DNA from: a virus
Taxonomy: Duplodnaviria > Caudoviricetes
IMG/VR virus record: IMGVR_UViG_3300033069_002007
Coordinates: 20,908 to 84,907 of that record
Length of the DNA: 64,000 bases
Direction: 5' to 3' (one strand)
The notes under the pieces were generated by a model. The model was not told the origin of the DNA. It did no database searches and worked only from the letters and a program-made list of their open reading frames with translations. Positions within the stretch are counted from its first letter, which is position 1. Every line of letters starts with the position of its first letter. The position numbers and the translations under genes were made by a program. Positions 27,594 through 37,720 of this stretch are shown here, in pieces.

Positions 27594-28136
27594 TTATTGA
27601 ACATATCTTATTTTATCACGAGCTGACTCCAACCATTGTTGTACTTCACTAGATGATATATGTTTTTTAGTTACGGGATGTAACATATCAGTCAATCTAC
27701 GGTGAAAACTATGAGCAATCAAAACAACATTCTCTAATACCTTTCGTTCACTACCATGAGTTGATTTAGGTTTTATATGAGCTATTTCTAATTTACTGTT
27801 TAGAAATAATTCATCATCGTAATTTTCCAAATATATTTTCTCATCGGGGGTTAATACTTGCCATAGTCTACAATATCGTTGCCAGTTTTCTCTAGTAGAT
27901 GAGTTACCTTTTACCTCACCGGTATCTCTCAACCAGACTTCATTATCGAAATCTGCTTGTTCATTCCAATCTTGTTTGTTCTGTTGTCTCTTTTCAACTT
28001 TCTTTGATTCTAATCTAGTGTATGATTTAAAGCAGTTAGTTTGTTTTGATGTTTTCCAACAAGTCTTAGCATCATATCTAACTCGTTTCAAACATTTTTT
28101 ATTGTTACAACTTTCTTGAAATTCTTCTAGTTCCAA
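27594..28136 (-). CDS. Protein with HNH-like nuclease motif and Cys-rich N-terminus
   Basis: LEIAHIKPKS...NVVLIAHSFH. Confidence 0.5.
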   Translation of the reverse strand: MELEEFQESCNNKKCLKRVRYDAKTCWKTSKQTNCFKSYTRLESKKVEKRQQNKQDWNEQADFDNEVWLRDTGEVKGNSSTRENWQRYCRLWQVLTPDEKIYLENYDDELFLNSKLEIAHIKPKSTHGSERKVLENVVLIAHSFHRRLTDMLHPVTKKHISSSEVQQWLESARDKIRYVQ

Positions 28137-28138
28137 AA

Positions 28139-28390
28139 TTAATCCTCAATACTTTTAGGTAAAATATTTATTGAATAAGTTCTTGATTCGTAATTAGGAA
28201 CGACTTCAAATTTTACCAATTCTTGTAAATAATAATATATAGATTCTCTTATTTTGGTATCAATATAATGTATTATTTTGCCTGTAGTTTCTTTAGACAT
28301 TATTGAGAATTGAAAATAATTGTGAACTTCTTTTATAAGAAGTAAGAAGAAGGAAATCTCTTGACTGTTTAAATCTAACTCTTTATACAT
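28139..28390 (-). CDS. Hypothetical protein
   Basis: Packed ORF. Confidence 0.5.
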   Translation of the reverse strand: MYKELDLNSQEISFFLLLIKEVHNYFQFSIMSKETTGKIIHYIDTKIRESIYYYLQELVKFEVVPNYESRTYSINILPKSIED

Positions 28391-28434
28391 TGTTTTTAAA
28401 AACCAAGCTATATTTCAAGCCTGGTTTAATCCTT

Positions 28435-29778
28435 CTATTTAAAAATCTGCCCATCAATCGGGCAACAGAATACATCATCAGGAAAACCAATTTTCTTACC
28501 ACAATCACATGCGATAAGATTTGTTCCATCTTTGAATTTAAATACTTCACCTTCAACGCTGATACAATTTGCAATCATTGATGCTTGATCTTGATCACTT
28601 AAACTATTCCAAGCAGGTAATGCTTTCAACTGCTCTACTACACTTACTGAAGTAGGAGCTTCGTCTGGCTTTCTACGAGAAGGCTTATCTTCTGTTTTTT
28701 CAGAAGGTTTAGCTTCAGCTTCAGGTGAATCTGTTTCAACATCATCATTAGGAGAACCAGTAGAATGTTGAGTTGTATTGTTTTCAGCATTTTCTTTTTC
28801 TCGTGCAGCTTTTTCAGTTTCATATAAGTCTTTTAGTTCAGGATAAAATTGAGTATTCAAATCTAAGTCAGCTTGTTTGAATAATTTTTCCAAACCATTA
28901 TATAGTTTATAATAACCACTAGGTTTGAATAGTTTTTCAAAATCATATAATTGATAAGTTTTCTCTAATTTAGACAACGGTTGAACATTAACTAACTTCT
29001 TAATATCTTCCTTAATTTTATCTTCCATACCATCACGAAGAATATATTTTTTGTCTTCTTTATGAGTGATAAGGTCTAAATCCCAATGACCTCGATACTC
29101 AATAACTTGTGACCATAACATCTTATAAAACTGTTCAGGAATACCAATATCAGTAAAATAAATAGTTTTTGGTCCTTGTTCAGTCGGAAACTCAAAAGGA
29201 GAATGACTCGAAGTCAAAATCTTACTATGTTTATTCTCGACACACCAGTCATCCATTCTATCAATAACATTGAATAGAACTCTTTTCTTAGGATAGAAGT
29301 GACCAAATTGTTTTGATCCTTCTTTTTGATTTTTATCGATACGATTATGACTTAATTTTCCTACATGAAGATCAACGAAATAACCTTTATCATTTGATTT
29401 TGGTCTGAGTGGATCTCGGACTTCATCTGGTTTGTAATCATACCATTGTGATTCCATTACTTTTTTATGAAGTCTGTAAAGGATCCAATCTTTATCTAGT
29501 TCACCATCAGGAGTAGTTGGCCAGTAAATATTCATCCAATTCTTACCAGCATCATTGATGATTTTTGACCAATATACTAGCATAGCATCTGTAGGTAATT
29601 CTCTTGCTTCTACTGGATTACCAACGATTCTAAAAACTTTAGGTTTATCAGTTACTCCTGCCCAATGAAGTTCCTCATAGTCTTTAGAGTAGTTTCTATT
29701 TTTCTTTTCTTCTTCTTTTTTCTTGTTCTCATCTTCTTGTTGAAGTCTTAATTGTTTTGCTTTTTCAAACGGGTTCAT
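28435..29778 (-). CDS. Putative single-stranded DNA-binding protein (gp32-like) with C-terminal Cys cluster
   Basis: KVFRIVG/RVLFNVIDR OB-like strands, acidic linker, position among recA/uvrD; inference. Confidence 0.5.
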   Translation of the reverse strand: MNPFEKAKQLRLQQEDENKKKEEEKKNRNYSKDYEELHWAGVTDKPKVFRIVGNPVEARELPTDAMLVYWSKIINDAGKNWMNIYWPTTPDGELDKDWILYRLHKKVMESQWYDYKPDEVRDPLRPKSNDKGYFVDLHVGKLSHNRIDKNQKEGSKQFGHFYPKKRVLFNVIDRMDDWCVENKHSKILTSSHSPFEFPTEQGPKTIYFTDIGIPEQFYKMLWSQVIEYRGHWDLDLITHKEDKKYILRDGMEDKIKEDIKKLVNVQPLSKLEKTYQLYDFEKLFKPSGYYKLYNGLEKLFKQADLDLNTQFYPELKDLYETEKAAREKENAENNTTQHSTGSPNDDVETDSPEAEAKPSEKTEDKPSRRKPDEAPTSVSVVEQLKALPAWNSLSDQDQASMIANCISVEGEVFKFKDGTNLIACDCGKKIGFPDDVFCCPIDGQIFK

Positions 29779-29834
29779 ATTAACCTTTTTCCTTATGTGT
29801 TAAAATCATTTAACTTGTTTATAATAAATAAAAC

Positions 29835-31598
29835 CTATTGGATTTTATCAGGGAACAATTCTTTAAGTAGGGAAAATAAATCTTCCTGTTCTAAACGAGG
29901 AAGAGTTTTTCTTCTACCATTTTCATCCGTGATTTCAAACCAAACAGTATTATTTTCTTTTGAAACTGTAATTATATTATTGTCAACTTTAATTTGTCTA
30001 GATATAGTTGTGTCAACATCATCATTAAAAAAGTCATCGTTGTTTTTATTAATTTCAGATTCATTATTGTTATTAGTATTGAGTTCAAATTCTGACAACC
30101 AAGGAATATTATGTATTAAGTTAACTTTAGCTCTAGTGACTGCAACATAATAAATATTTAGTTCCTCAACCCATTGTTTTCTTTTATAATCTCGTTCCTC
30201 ATCAGTTAATTCGATACTAATAACTTTACCATCTTTACCTTTCTTGGAAATACTTTCAGGAACTTTATTAGGAAAACCCTCTTCAAACATATCAGGAGAT
30301 AATATTTGAACTTGATCCCATTCATTACCCTTTGCTTTATGTATAGTTGAGAAAGTATAGTCACAATATTCTTTACTATCTGAAATTCTTTTCTTTAACT
30401 GATCCAACTCAATAAGTAAAGTATTCTCAAACTTAGTTAAAAAGTTAACGAAAGAATTTATCGATTGATCATCTATATCCTCATAGTATTCTTGTAACTC
30501 ACCTAAACTTCTAAAAGTTTTAATAAAGAAATTTTGAATTTTATCTTTTTCACCTTTTTTGAGATAGTAGATATCTAGTAAACTAACTCCTGAATTAGTT
30601 TGAAGTAAACCATCTAACCCACCTTCAATATAAGGTTTTTTATAAACCATTTTTTGAGTAAAGAGTTTTTCCAATAGAGCTATATTACTTCTAGAAATTA
30701 TAGCTTTAGTTTCAATTTTAGAATGTTGACCTTTACCTAAAAGTCTCAGTTTTGAAAAATCGAAACCATCCTCTTTACCTTCTTTGAAAGAAAGAACTTC
30801 TAAACCTAAGTTTGCAACTGATTGAGGAAATCTAAAAGATTCAGTTAAAGTAAACCTTTCGTATGATTCAGGAGCAAGCTTTAAAGCATTGATAGCTCCT
30901 CTCCATGAATAAATAGCTTGGTGATTATCTCCTACCATAATTTTTCTACCTTTTTGGTTAAAAAAGATATCCAATATAACTGGGTTTAAATCTTGAGCTT
31001 CATCACAAAGTATAATATCATAGTTTAAAACTGGTTTGGTTAACTGATACATCTTTAAATAGGAACTATGAGTTGAGTCAATTTTCTTCGCTACTATATC
31101 TTTCCATATAGTGTTAGAATACTCATCAATTTTAGCTTTATGTTCTCTGTAAAAAGAAATAGCTCTCTCTGAAGACAAACAATCTTCGTAGTTTAAAGTA
31201 TTAATATCCATATCAGCTGAGTTACAAAATAACTCAACCTTTTTAATACTATGAGCTACCAACTTATTAGCTACTCCTGTACCAGTAGTTTTTAAGTATT
31301 TTGATAAATGATAAGTTGAAAGATTATAACCTAACTTATATTGTTTACCTATAATGATTGACTTATAAGCTAAACCATGAGCAGTAGATATGGTTATATT
31401 TTTAACTCCTTTAGCATTAAATTTAGATTTAGCTTCCTCAGATATACCTTTGTTAAAAGCTAAGTAAATCTTTTTAGCTTTTTCATTTCGTAAGGAGTAT
31501 TCTATAAGAGTTGTTGTTTTACCAGTTCCAGCTCTAGCTTCTATACAAGCATCATTGTTACAATCTAGTATTTTCTTTTGTTCTTCCGTTAAATTCAT
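29835..31598 (-). CDS. uvrD: UvrD/Rep-like SF1 helicase
   Basis: ARAGTGKTT, DEAQD, VGDNHQAIY, LTESFR, TIHKAKGNEW, YVAVTRA. Confidence 0.92.
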   Translation of the reverse strand: MNLTEEQKKILDCNNDACIEARAGTGKTTTLIEYSLRNEKAKKIYLAFNKGISEEAKSKFNAKGVKNITISTAHGLAYKSIIIGKQYKLGYNLSTYHLSKYLKTTGTGVANKLVAHSIKKVELFCNSADMDINTLNYEDCLSSERAISFYREHKAKIDEYSNTIWKDIVAKKIDSTHSSYLKMYQLTKPVLNYDIILCDEAQDLNPVILDIFFNQKGRKIMVGDNHQAIYSWRGAINALKLAPESYERFTLTESFRFPQSVANLGLEVLSFKEGKEDGFDFSKLRLLGKGQHSKIETKAIISRSNIALLEKLFTQKMVYKKPYIEGGLDGLLQTNSGVSLLDIYYLKKGEKDKIQNFFIKTFRSLGELQEYYEDIDDQSINSFVNFLTKFENTLLIELDQLKKRISDSKEYCDYTFSTIHKAKGNEWDQVQILSPDMFEEGFPNKVPESISKKGKDGKVISIELTDEERDYKRKQWVEELNIYYVAVTRAKVNLIHNIPWLSEFELNTNNNNESEINKNNDDFFNDDVDTTISRQIKVDNNIITVSKENNTVWFEITDENGRRKTLPRLEQEDLFSLLKELFPDKIQ

Positions 31599-31617
31599 AA
31601 TACGTATATAATAAATA

Positions 31618-31848
31618 AAATTTTTTTGTACTTTTTTTAAAAAAAGTGTCTAAACTCTATAAAAATGAAAAATTCTTATTTATTACTATATATTATAGTG
31701 AGCGGAAGATAGTTAAGGTAGAAAGCAATAATATAATAATAAATATAATATTAAGAAAATAAAATATTATAATATATATTATTAGCGTCTAACTCAACCC
31801 ATGAAACTTTAATATTATGTCTACTGGTAAGTTGGTTTAGGAGAGTTT
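31618..31848. other. Very AT-rich divergent intergenic region at the strand switch; candidate origin/divergent promoters
   Basis: Longest non-coding stretch, A/T runs, flanked by helicase and helicase loader. Confidence 0.45.
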
Positions 31849-32094
31849 ATGTGGAGATTGTTTAGATGGAACCTGTTAAAAAAGTTTCCTGATTTAAAAT
31901 TTGAATTCAAAAAGATAAACACAACAACTTTTCAAGTTGAAGTACCTACAAAAAATATTTCAATACAACTTCACTATGATAAAAACTTAACTAAAGATTC
32001 CGATATGTATAATCTTTTATTGAACTCATTAATCTCAGACATAAAAAATCAAGTTTTTGAAGTAAAAAGAAAAAAGAAATTTTTAAGACGATAA
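31849..32094 (+). CDS. Hypothetical protein
   Basis: AGGAG SD, first gene after strand switch. Confidence 0.55.
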   Translation: MWRLFRWNLLKKFPDLKFEFKKINTTTFQVEVPTKNISIQLHYDKNLTKDSDMYNLLLNSLISDIKNQVFEVKRKKKFLRR

Positions 32095-32114
32095 GTTTTA
32101 TTTATTATAGTCGT

Positions 32115-32807
32115 ATGGAAAAATATTTATACGACATGAAAGATGGAGAAGAAGTTGCTCGTCTCAATCCTGAATGGTTAAAACATATACAGAATTTAAA
32201 ATACGAGTTCTATCTTAAGGAGTCAGGGATACCTATTGATTATTGGAACCTGACTTATGATGATTGTGGTATAGGTTCTAATGAACGAGTAGTTACTGTA
32301 TGTAGAAACTATATAAATCGAATCAAAACCGGAACTATAAAAAATCTTTATCTATATGGTTTAAATTCTACTGGTAAAACAACAGCTATGAATTGTATTG
32401 GTAAAGATGCAATAAAAGAAGGACTTAAAGTTAAATTTATACTATCCAATGATTTAATAAATATCTTACAAAAGACTTCTGGTTATGGTATCAATGATGA
32501 GTTCGAGAGAAAGAAGAATGCTTTATTCAATGCTGACTTAGTTTTGGTCGATGAAGTATTTGATGCTTCTAAATCTACTCTTTGGAAAGGTGAATCCAGA
32601 AATCTTATAGTTTCAGATTTGGATGGTTTTTTCAGACATGTAATTTCAAATAATAGAAGAATAGTTACGACTTCAAATATCTTAAAGGAAAGAATTGCTT
32701 CAGATTATTCTCCTAGCTTGTTTGAGTTGATAGATAGAAATTTTCAGGAACTAAAGTTTACAGAATCGGTAAAAGAAAATCGTAAACGAAAGTTGATGGA
32801 AAATTAA
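32115..32807 (+). CDS. dnaC: DnaC/IstB-like AAA+ helicase loader
   Basis: YGLNSTGKT, LVLVDE, IVTTSN, IDRNF. Confidence 0.8.
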   Translation: MEKYLYDMKDGEEVARLNPEWLKHIQNLKYEFYLKESGIPIDYWNLTYDDCGIGSNERVVTVCRNYINRIKTGTIKNLYLYGLNSTGKTTAMNCIGKDAIKEGLKVKFILSNDLINILQKTSGYGINDEFERKKNALFNADLVLVDEVFDASKSTLWKGESRNLIVSDLDGFFRHVISNNRRIVTTSNILKERIASDYSPSLFELIDRNFQELKFTESVKENRKRKLMEN

Positions 32808-32808
32808 A

Positions 32809-33573
32809 ATGGATTTATCTATTTTTGAAAATCAATTTGAAGACATTGAGTTTGATGATGAAACTCATTCCTATAAAGTAAAAAATGCGACTGATACTTT
32901 AATATCCGTTACAACTCTTATTCATAAATATTCACAACCTTTTGACTCAGATAAAATAGCTAGTCGAGTAGCTAAAGATAGAAAAGTAGATAAGGATGAA
33001 TTATTAAAATCTTGGCTGGATAAAGGTGAAAGCTCAGCTAATAAGGGTAAACATTTACACAAATTTATTGAAGAGTATTGTAAACATCAACAAGAATTTA
33101 AAATGGATTTGTACTCTGAGGAGAAAGCTCAGTTTATAAAATTCTATAACGATTTCCTGAATGATAAAGTAATAATTTATTTAGAAAAAATATTATACCT
33201 AAGGTCAGCTAATCTAGCCGGAACTATTGATTGTCTTATCTATAGTCCTATAAATGATATACTTTACTTTATTGATTGGAAGTCAAATGAGAAGATTTCA
33301 ACATTCAATAAGTTTCAAAAACTTAAACCTCCCTTGTCAAGATATGATCAATGTAGTAAAGAAATATATACTATACAACTTTCATTATACAGATATATAA
33401 TTGAAGAAGTCATACTAAATAAGTCCCAGGGGTTTTCATCGAAAACTCAGGTGAAAAATTTACTCATACACTTTTCAAAACTCAACGAATCGTACGTAAT
33501 TATGGAATTACCATATTATAAGTATTCGACAATTGAGTTATTGAAACATTATAACAACTTAAAAGGAAATTAA
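32809..33573 (+). CDS. PD-(D/E)XK exonuclease
   Basis: FDDETHSY, SVTTLI, GKHLH, AGTIDC, IDWKSN, QLSLY. Confidence 0.8.
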   Translation: MDLSIFENQFEDIEFDDETHSYKVKNATDTLISVTTLIHKYSQPFDSDKIASRVAKDRKVDKDELLKSWLDKGESSANKGKHLHKFIEEYCKHQQEFKMDLYSEEKAQFIKFYNDFLNDKVIIYLEKILYLRSANLAGTIDCLIYSPINDILYFIDWKSNEKISTFNKFQKLKPPLSRYDQCSKEIYTIQLSLYRYIIEEVILNKSQGFSSKTQVKNLLIHFSKLNESYVIMELPYYKYSTIELLKHYNNLKGN

Positions 33574-33576
33574 AGA

Positions 33577-35034
33577 ATGGCCCAAACTTCTACGATCGAC
33601 GATATTGACTCTAAACCTGAAATAGATTTCTTAGAAGAAATTAGTAACTTAATTTTTACCGCTAAATATGCTAGATGGAACGAAAAGAAAAAAAGACGAG
33701 AGACTTTAAATGAAGCAGTAGATAGAGTCTGTAAGATGCACCTTGAAAAATATTCATTCCTACCTGAGGAAGACAAAGAGAGGATTAGATGGGCATTTGA
33801 AATGGTAAAGAAGAAACGAGTAGTTCCTTCAATGCGATCTATGCAATTTGGTGGTAAAGCAGTGTTCGCTCACAATGCTAGAATGTATAATTGTGGAGTA
33901 AGACACATTGATTCACTTCGAGCATTTGCTGAAGTATTTTATTGTCTACTATGTGGAACCGGAATGACTTTAGGTCTATCTGAAAAAGTTATTTCTTTAC
34001 TTCCTAACTTAGTAAATAAAAAAGATAAAACTGGTTCTGTTGTAGCTTACGTTATTGAAGACACTATTGAAGGTTGGGCGGATGCAGTAGAAGCTCTCCT
34101 AATGTGTTACCATAAAAATACACCATTCACTGGTAGAAAGATAGTATTTGATTATTCCAAAATAAGAACTAAAGGAACACCTTTAAAAACTGGTGGTGGT
34201 AAAGCCCCTGGTCACGAAGGTCTAAAACAAACTCTTGAAAAGATTAAACAACTTCTCGATTATGCGATTGAAGAATTACATCTACAACGTCTTCGTAGTA
34301 TTGATATCTACGATATTCTTATGCATTGCGCTGACGCTGTGCTTAGCGGGGGTATTCGTCGGGCTGCAACTGCTGTTATATTCGATCCTACAGATGATCT
34401 AATGATGAACTCAAAAGTTAATTTTTCAATATCTTCCTACAAAAGATTTGAACAATTACCTTCTGGATTCTGGGAAGGAACAGTAGTAGTTAATAAGAAA
34501 AAATATGAAGTCGTTATTTCTGACTGGGAATTTGAAAACGACGTAAAAGGAAAATCTGAAATTAGTTGGAGACATATTGAACCACAGAGAGCTAGATCAA
34601 ACAACTCAGTTTTATTACTTAGAAGGGAGACAAATATTGATCAGTTAAAATATATAATCAGTAAGACGAGACAATGGGGAGAACCAGGATTTGTTTTTGC
34701 TGATCACCCTTTAACTCTTTTTAATCCTTGTATTACTGAAGACACTATACTAGAAACAGATAAAGGTAAATTGTCAGTTAAAGAAGTTATGACTAAGTTG
34801 AATAACAATGAACTAGTCTTAGTTAAGTCATTTAATCATTCCAATTCTAAATTAGAATTTCAGCAAATATTACATGGAGAGCTAACTAACTCAGATGCTG
34901 AAATATACGAAATTGAATTAGATAATGGGGAGAAAAAGAAATTTTCAAAAGGTCATAAAATATTTACTCAAAATAGAGGTTATGTTGAAATTGAAAAGTT
35001 AACTACAGAAGATGAGGTTATATTATCATGTTAA
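33577..35034 (+). CDS. nrdJ: Class II (AdoCbl) ribonucleotide reductase N-terminal fragment fused to split-intein N-half
   Basis: PSMRSMQFGG, YNCG, GTG, SGGIRRAA, RARSNNS, GEPG, ...FNP then CITEDT intein start. Confidence 0.92.
   Translation: MAQTSTIDDIDSKPEIDFLEEISNLIFTAKYARWNEKKKRRETLNEAVDRVCKMHLEKYSFLPEEDKERIRWAFEMVKKKRVVPSMRSMQFGGKAVFAHNARMYNCGVRHIDSLRAFAEVFYCLLCGTGMTLGLSEKVISLLPNLVNKKDKTGSVVAYVIEDTIEGWADAVEALLMCYHKNTPFTGRKIVFDYSKIRTKGTPLKTGGGKAPGHEGLKQTLEKIKQLLDYAIEELHLQRLRSIDIYDILMHCADAVLSGGIRRAATAVIFDPTDDLMMNSKVNFSISSYKRFEQLPSGFWEGTVVVNKKKYEVVISDWEFENDVKGKSEISWRHIEPQRARSNNSVLLLRRETNIDQLKYIISKTRQWGEPGFVFADHPLTLFNPCITEDTILETDKGKLSVKEVMTKLNNNELVLVKSFNHSNSKLEFQQILHGELTNSDAEIYEIELDNGEKKKFSKGHKIFTQNRGYVEIEKLTTEDEVILSC
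34729..35034 (+). mobile_element. Split intein N-half (IntN, 101 aa)
   Basis: C1-ITEDTILETDKG (block A), SKGHKIFT (block B variant), GYVEIEKL; then stop. Confidence 0.9.
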
Positions 35035-35705
35035 TCTATTGTGTAAACAATAATATAACCGGTCAAAATTATATAGGTCAAACTACTAAAACTTTAACTG
35101 AACGATTTGAGGAACATTGTTTAAATGGTTTTAAGTTATATAAGTCTATATTACAATATGGACGGGATAATTTTTCAATATTTCAGATTGATTCAGCTTC
35201 ATCTAAACAAGAGTTAAATATTAAAGAAAAATACTGGATTAAAAAGTATGAATCTACTGATGACACTATGGGTTTAAATATTCAAAAAGGTTCATCTAGA
35301 CTTTATTCTACTCACTCAGATAAAGTTAAACAAACGATAAAAGAGAAAACTAAACAAGGTATGTTTAACCTCTCTGACGAACGAAAAGAAACTAGAAAAA
35401 ATAAATCAAGACAAACACAAATAGATAATAATATCTATGTTAAACAAGCTGAAGTCAGAAAGGTTAAGTATCTAAACTCTGGTAATCCTAGAGCTACTCA
35501 ATTATTAATAGTTGACAAAGATGGGGTAGAGTTGGAACGGTTTGAAACAATTAAAAGTTTTATTGAGAAGTATCACTTGAATATGTCGGTTGTGATTAGT
35601 AAAATCAAAACAGGAACTAGTATCAGTAAAGGTCAATTAAAAGGTTTATTTTTAAAGACTTTGAAACCTTTAAGAACTATGAACCGTAAAACTAAAGGAG
35701 TTTAA
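35028..35705 (+). mobile_element. Free-standing GIY-YIG homing endonuclease inserted between the intein halves
   Basis: LIY...NYIGQT...RFEEH...ELNIKEKYWI...GLN. Confidence 0.88.
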
Positions 35706-35706
35706 T

Positions 35707-35922
35707 ATGGAAATAAAAAAAGTAGTATTAGCAAATGACTTAGATGGTAACGTTTTAGTTAAAAAAATTATTAATTCTGAAGTTGAGGGATATGAAGCAG
35801 TTAACCAAACTTATAAGACTGTTAAAGTTAAGTCAGTTACGAAAATAAAAAATGAAGCGGTATACGATATTGCAGTAAATAATAATCAAAATTTCTTTGC
35901 TGATGATTTGTTAGTTCATAAT
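35707..35922 (+). mobile_element. Split intein C-half (IntC, 72 aa)
   Basis: Blocks F/G ending His-Asn, followed by +1 Cys at 35923. Confidence 0.9.
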
Positions 35923-36927
35923 TGTTTCGAGATTGGATTCATACCAGTAACTAAAGATGGTAGATTTGGAGTTCAGTTCTGTAACCTTTCTGAAGAAAAT
36001 GGAGCAAAGATTACTTCATTACTTGAATGGGAAGAGTCAACTGAAGCAGCGACTATTATTGGAACCCTTCAAGCAGGATATACTGAATTTCCTTACTTGA
36101 ACAAAGCTTCACAAGAATTAACTGAAGAGGAAGCACTTCTTGGTGTCTCTGTAACTGGTTGGTTTGATAATCCTGAAGTTTTATTTGACGCTAAGAATGA
36201 ATTCTTTATGGCTAAGTTGTCAACAAAGATTAACAAAGAATGGGCTGCTAAAATTAATATTAACACTGCTGCTAGAATAACATGCACTAAACCTAGTGGA
36301 ACAGCTAGTATCTTTCTTGGTTCATCTTCCGGTATTCATCCTCATCATGATCACAGATATTTCCGTAGAGTTCAAATGAATAAGTTAGATAATATTCATC
36401 AATACTTTAAAATGTTTAACCCTCATGCTGTAGAAGAATCTGTTTGGTCAGCAACTAAAACAGATGATGTTATTACTTTCCCTCTAACTGTTCCCAAAAC
36501 AGCTAAGGTTAAAAATGACATCACTGCTATTCAACACCTTAATCTAATCAGACAAGTTCAAGAGAATTGGGTAACACCTGGAACAACAGAAAATAATAAA
36601 AAACCAGTTTCTCATAATGTGAGTTGTACCGTTGAAGTAGATGAAGGAGAATGGGATGATGTAATTGATTACTTATTTTTAAATAAGAACTCATTTGCAG
36701 CAGTAGCTCTACTTGGTAAAACAGGAGATAAGGATTATCCTCAACCTCCTTTGAGTCGAGTCTATCCTGAATTAGAAGAAGCTTGGTTAAATCTAAAATC
36801 TAATTGGTCTAAAATGGATTACACCAAATTTGAAGAAACAGAAGATATGACATCACTTATTGAGAACCTAGCTTGTGCTGGTGGAGCTTGTGATGTAACA
36901 AATTTACCAGTAGATAAAAAGGAATAA
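35707..36927 (+). CDS. nrdJ: Split-intein C-half fused to NrdJ C-terminal fragment
   Basis: VYDIAV...NFFADDLLVHN|CFEIG; TCTKPSGT, HNVSCT, C-terminal CAGGAC; own AGGAG SD. Confidence 0.92.
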   Translation: MEIKKVVLANDLDGNVLVKKIINSEVEGYEAVNQTYKTVKVKSVTKIKNEAVYDIAVNNNQNFFADDLLVHNCFEIGFIPVTKDGRFGVQFCNLSEENGAKITSLLEWEESTEAATIIGTLQAGYTEFPYLNKASQELTEEEALLGVSVTGWFDNPEVLFDAKNEFFMAKLSTKINKEWAAKININTAARITCTKPSGTASIFLGSSSGIHPHHDHRYFRRVQMNKLDNIHQYFKMFNPHAVEESVWSATKTDDVITFPLTVPKTAKVKNDITAIQHLNLIRQVQENWVTPGTTENNKKPVSHNVSCTVEVDEGEWDDVIDYLFLNKNSFAAVALLGKTGDKDYPQPPLSRVYPELEEAWLNLKSNWSKMDYTKFEETEDMTSLIENLACAGGACDVTNLPVDKKE

Positions 36928-36944
36928 TTTTTAAGGAAAATTAT

Positions 36945-37232
36945 ATGGAAGAAAAAATAATACAGGATTTTAGTTGGGCACTTAAATGTCTCAAAAGAGG
37001 TGAAAAACTTCAGAGACAAGGTTGGAACGGTAAAGGATTATGGATTGTATTACAAGAAGGTTATCCTGATGGTGTTGCAGCAAATAAAAATTCACAAAAA
37101 GCATATGGAGTTCCAGAAGGAACTATAATTAAAGTAAGACCATATTTAGTTATACGTTCTATTGATGGATCATTTGTTCCTTGGCTCCCTTCTCAAACAG
37201 ATATCTTAGCAGAAGATTGGGAGACAGTATAA
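36945..37232 (+). CDS. tad2: DUF2829 / Tad2-like protein (candidate cyclic-nucleotide sponge)
   Basis: FSWAL...G...RQGWNGKG, WLPSQTDILAEDW. Confidence 0.75.
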   Translation: MEEKIIQDFSWALKCLKRGEKLQRQGWNGKGLWIVLQEGYPDGVAANKNSQKAYGVPEGTIIKVRPYLVIRSIDGSFVPWLPSQTDILAEDWETV

Positions 37233-37720
37233 TGACAGAACAACAAGAATTTGAAAAAAGAATGGCTGAGTATATAGATCGACAAAACAGACCGACCGTG
37301 AAGTTTAAAAAACTTCACGACGATGCTAAAATACCTGAATATCAAACTGAAGGATCAGTAGGTTTTGATTTCTATTGTATAGAAGATTTTGAAATTCATC
37401 CAACAGAAACTGTGATTATCAGAACAGGATTGAGTTGTGAAATTCCTAAAGGTTATTTTCTAGCTATAGTTCCTAGATCATCAACTGGAGTTAAAACTCC
37501 ACTCAGGTTGTCAAACAGTTTAGGAGTAATAGATCAGGACTACCGGGGGGAAATAGGACTAATATTCACTCACTATGGTATTAGTGGACTGAAAGTTAAA
37601 GTGGGTGATAGATTAGCTCAAGGTTTAATTTTACCTGTTAAGCAAGCTAGAATTGAACAGATTGAGGAACTCTCAGTGACAGAAAGAGGTGAAGGTGGAT
37701 TCGGGAGTACTGGGAAATGA
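37232..37720 (+). CDS. dut: Trimeric dUTPase
   Basis: GSVGFD, PRSS, GVIDQDYRGE, RLAQ, RGEGGFGSTG; start at 37232 overlapping upstream stop. Confidence 0.95.
   Translation: MTEQQEFEKRMAEYIDRQNRPTVKFKKLHDDAKIPEYQTEGSVGFDFYCIEDFEIHPTETVIIRTGLSCEIPKGYFLAIVPRSSTGVKTPLRLSNSLGVIDQDYRGEIGLIFTHYGISGLKVKVGDRLAQGLILPVKQARIEQIEELSVTERGEGGFGSTGK

Noticed and set aside
29752-30150. 132-aa plus-strand ORF
   Set aside because: Antisense shadow of the uvrD C-terminus; low complexity
32809-33573. Cas4 call for the PD-(D/E)XK nuclease
   Set aside because: Lacks the four-cysteine Fe-S cluster motif and any CRISPR context
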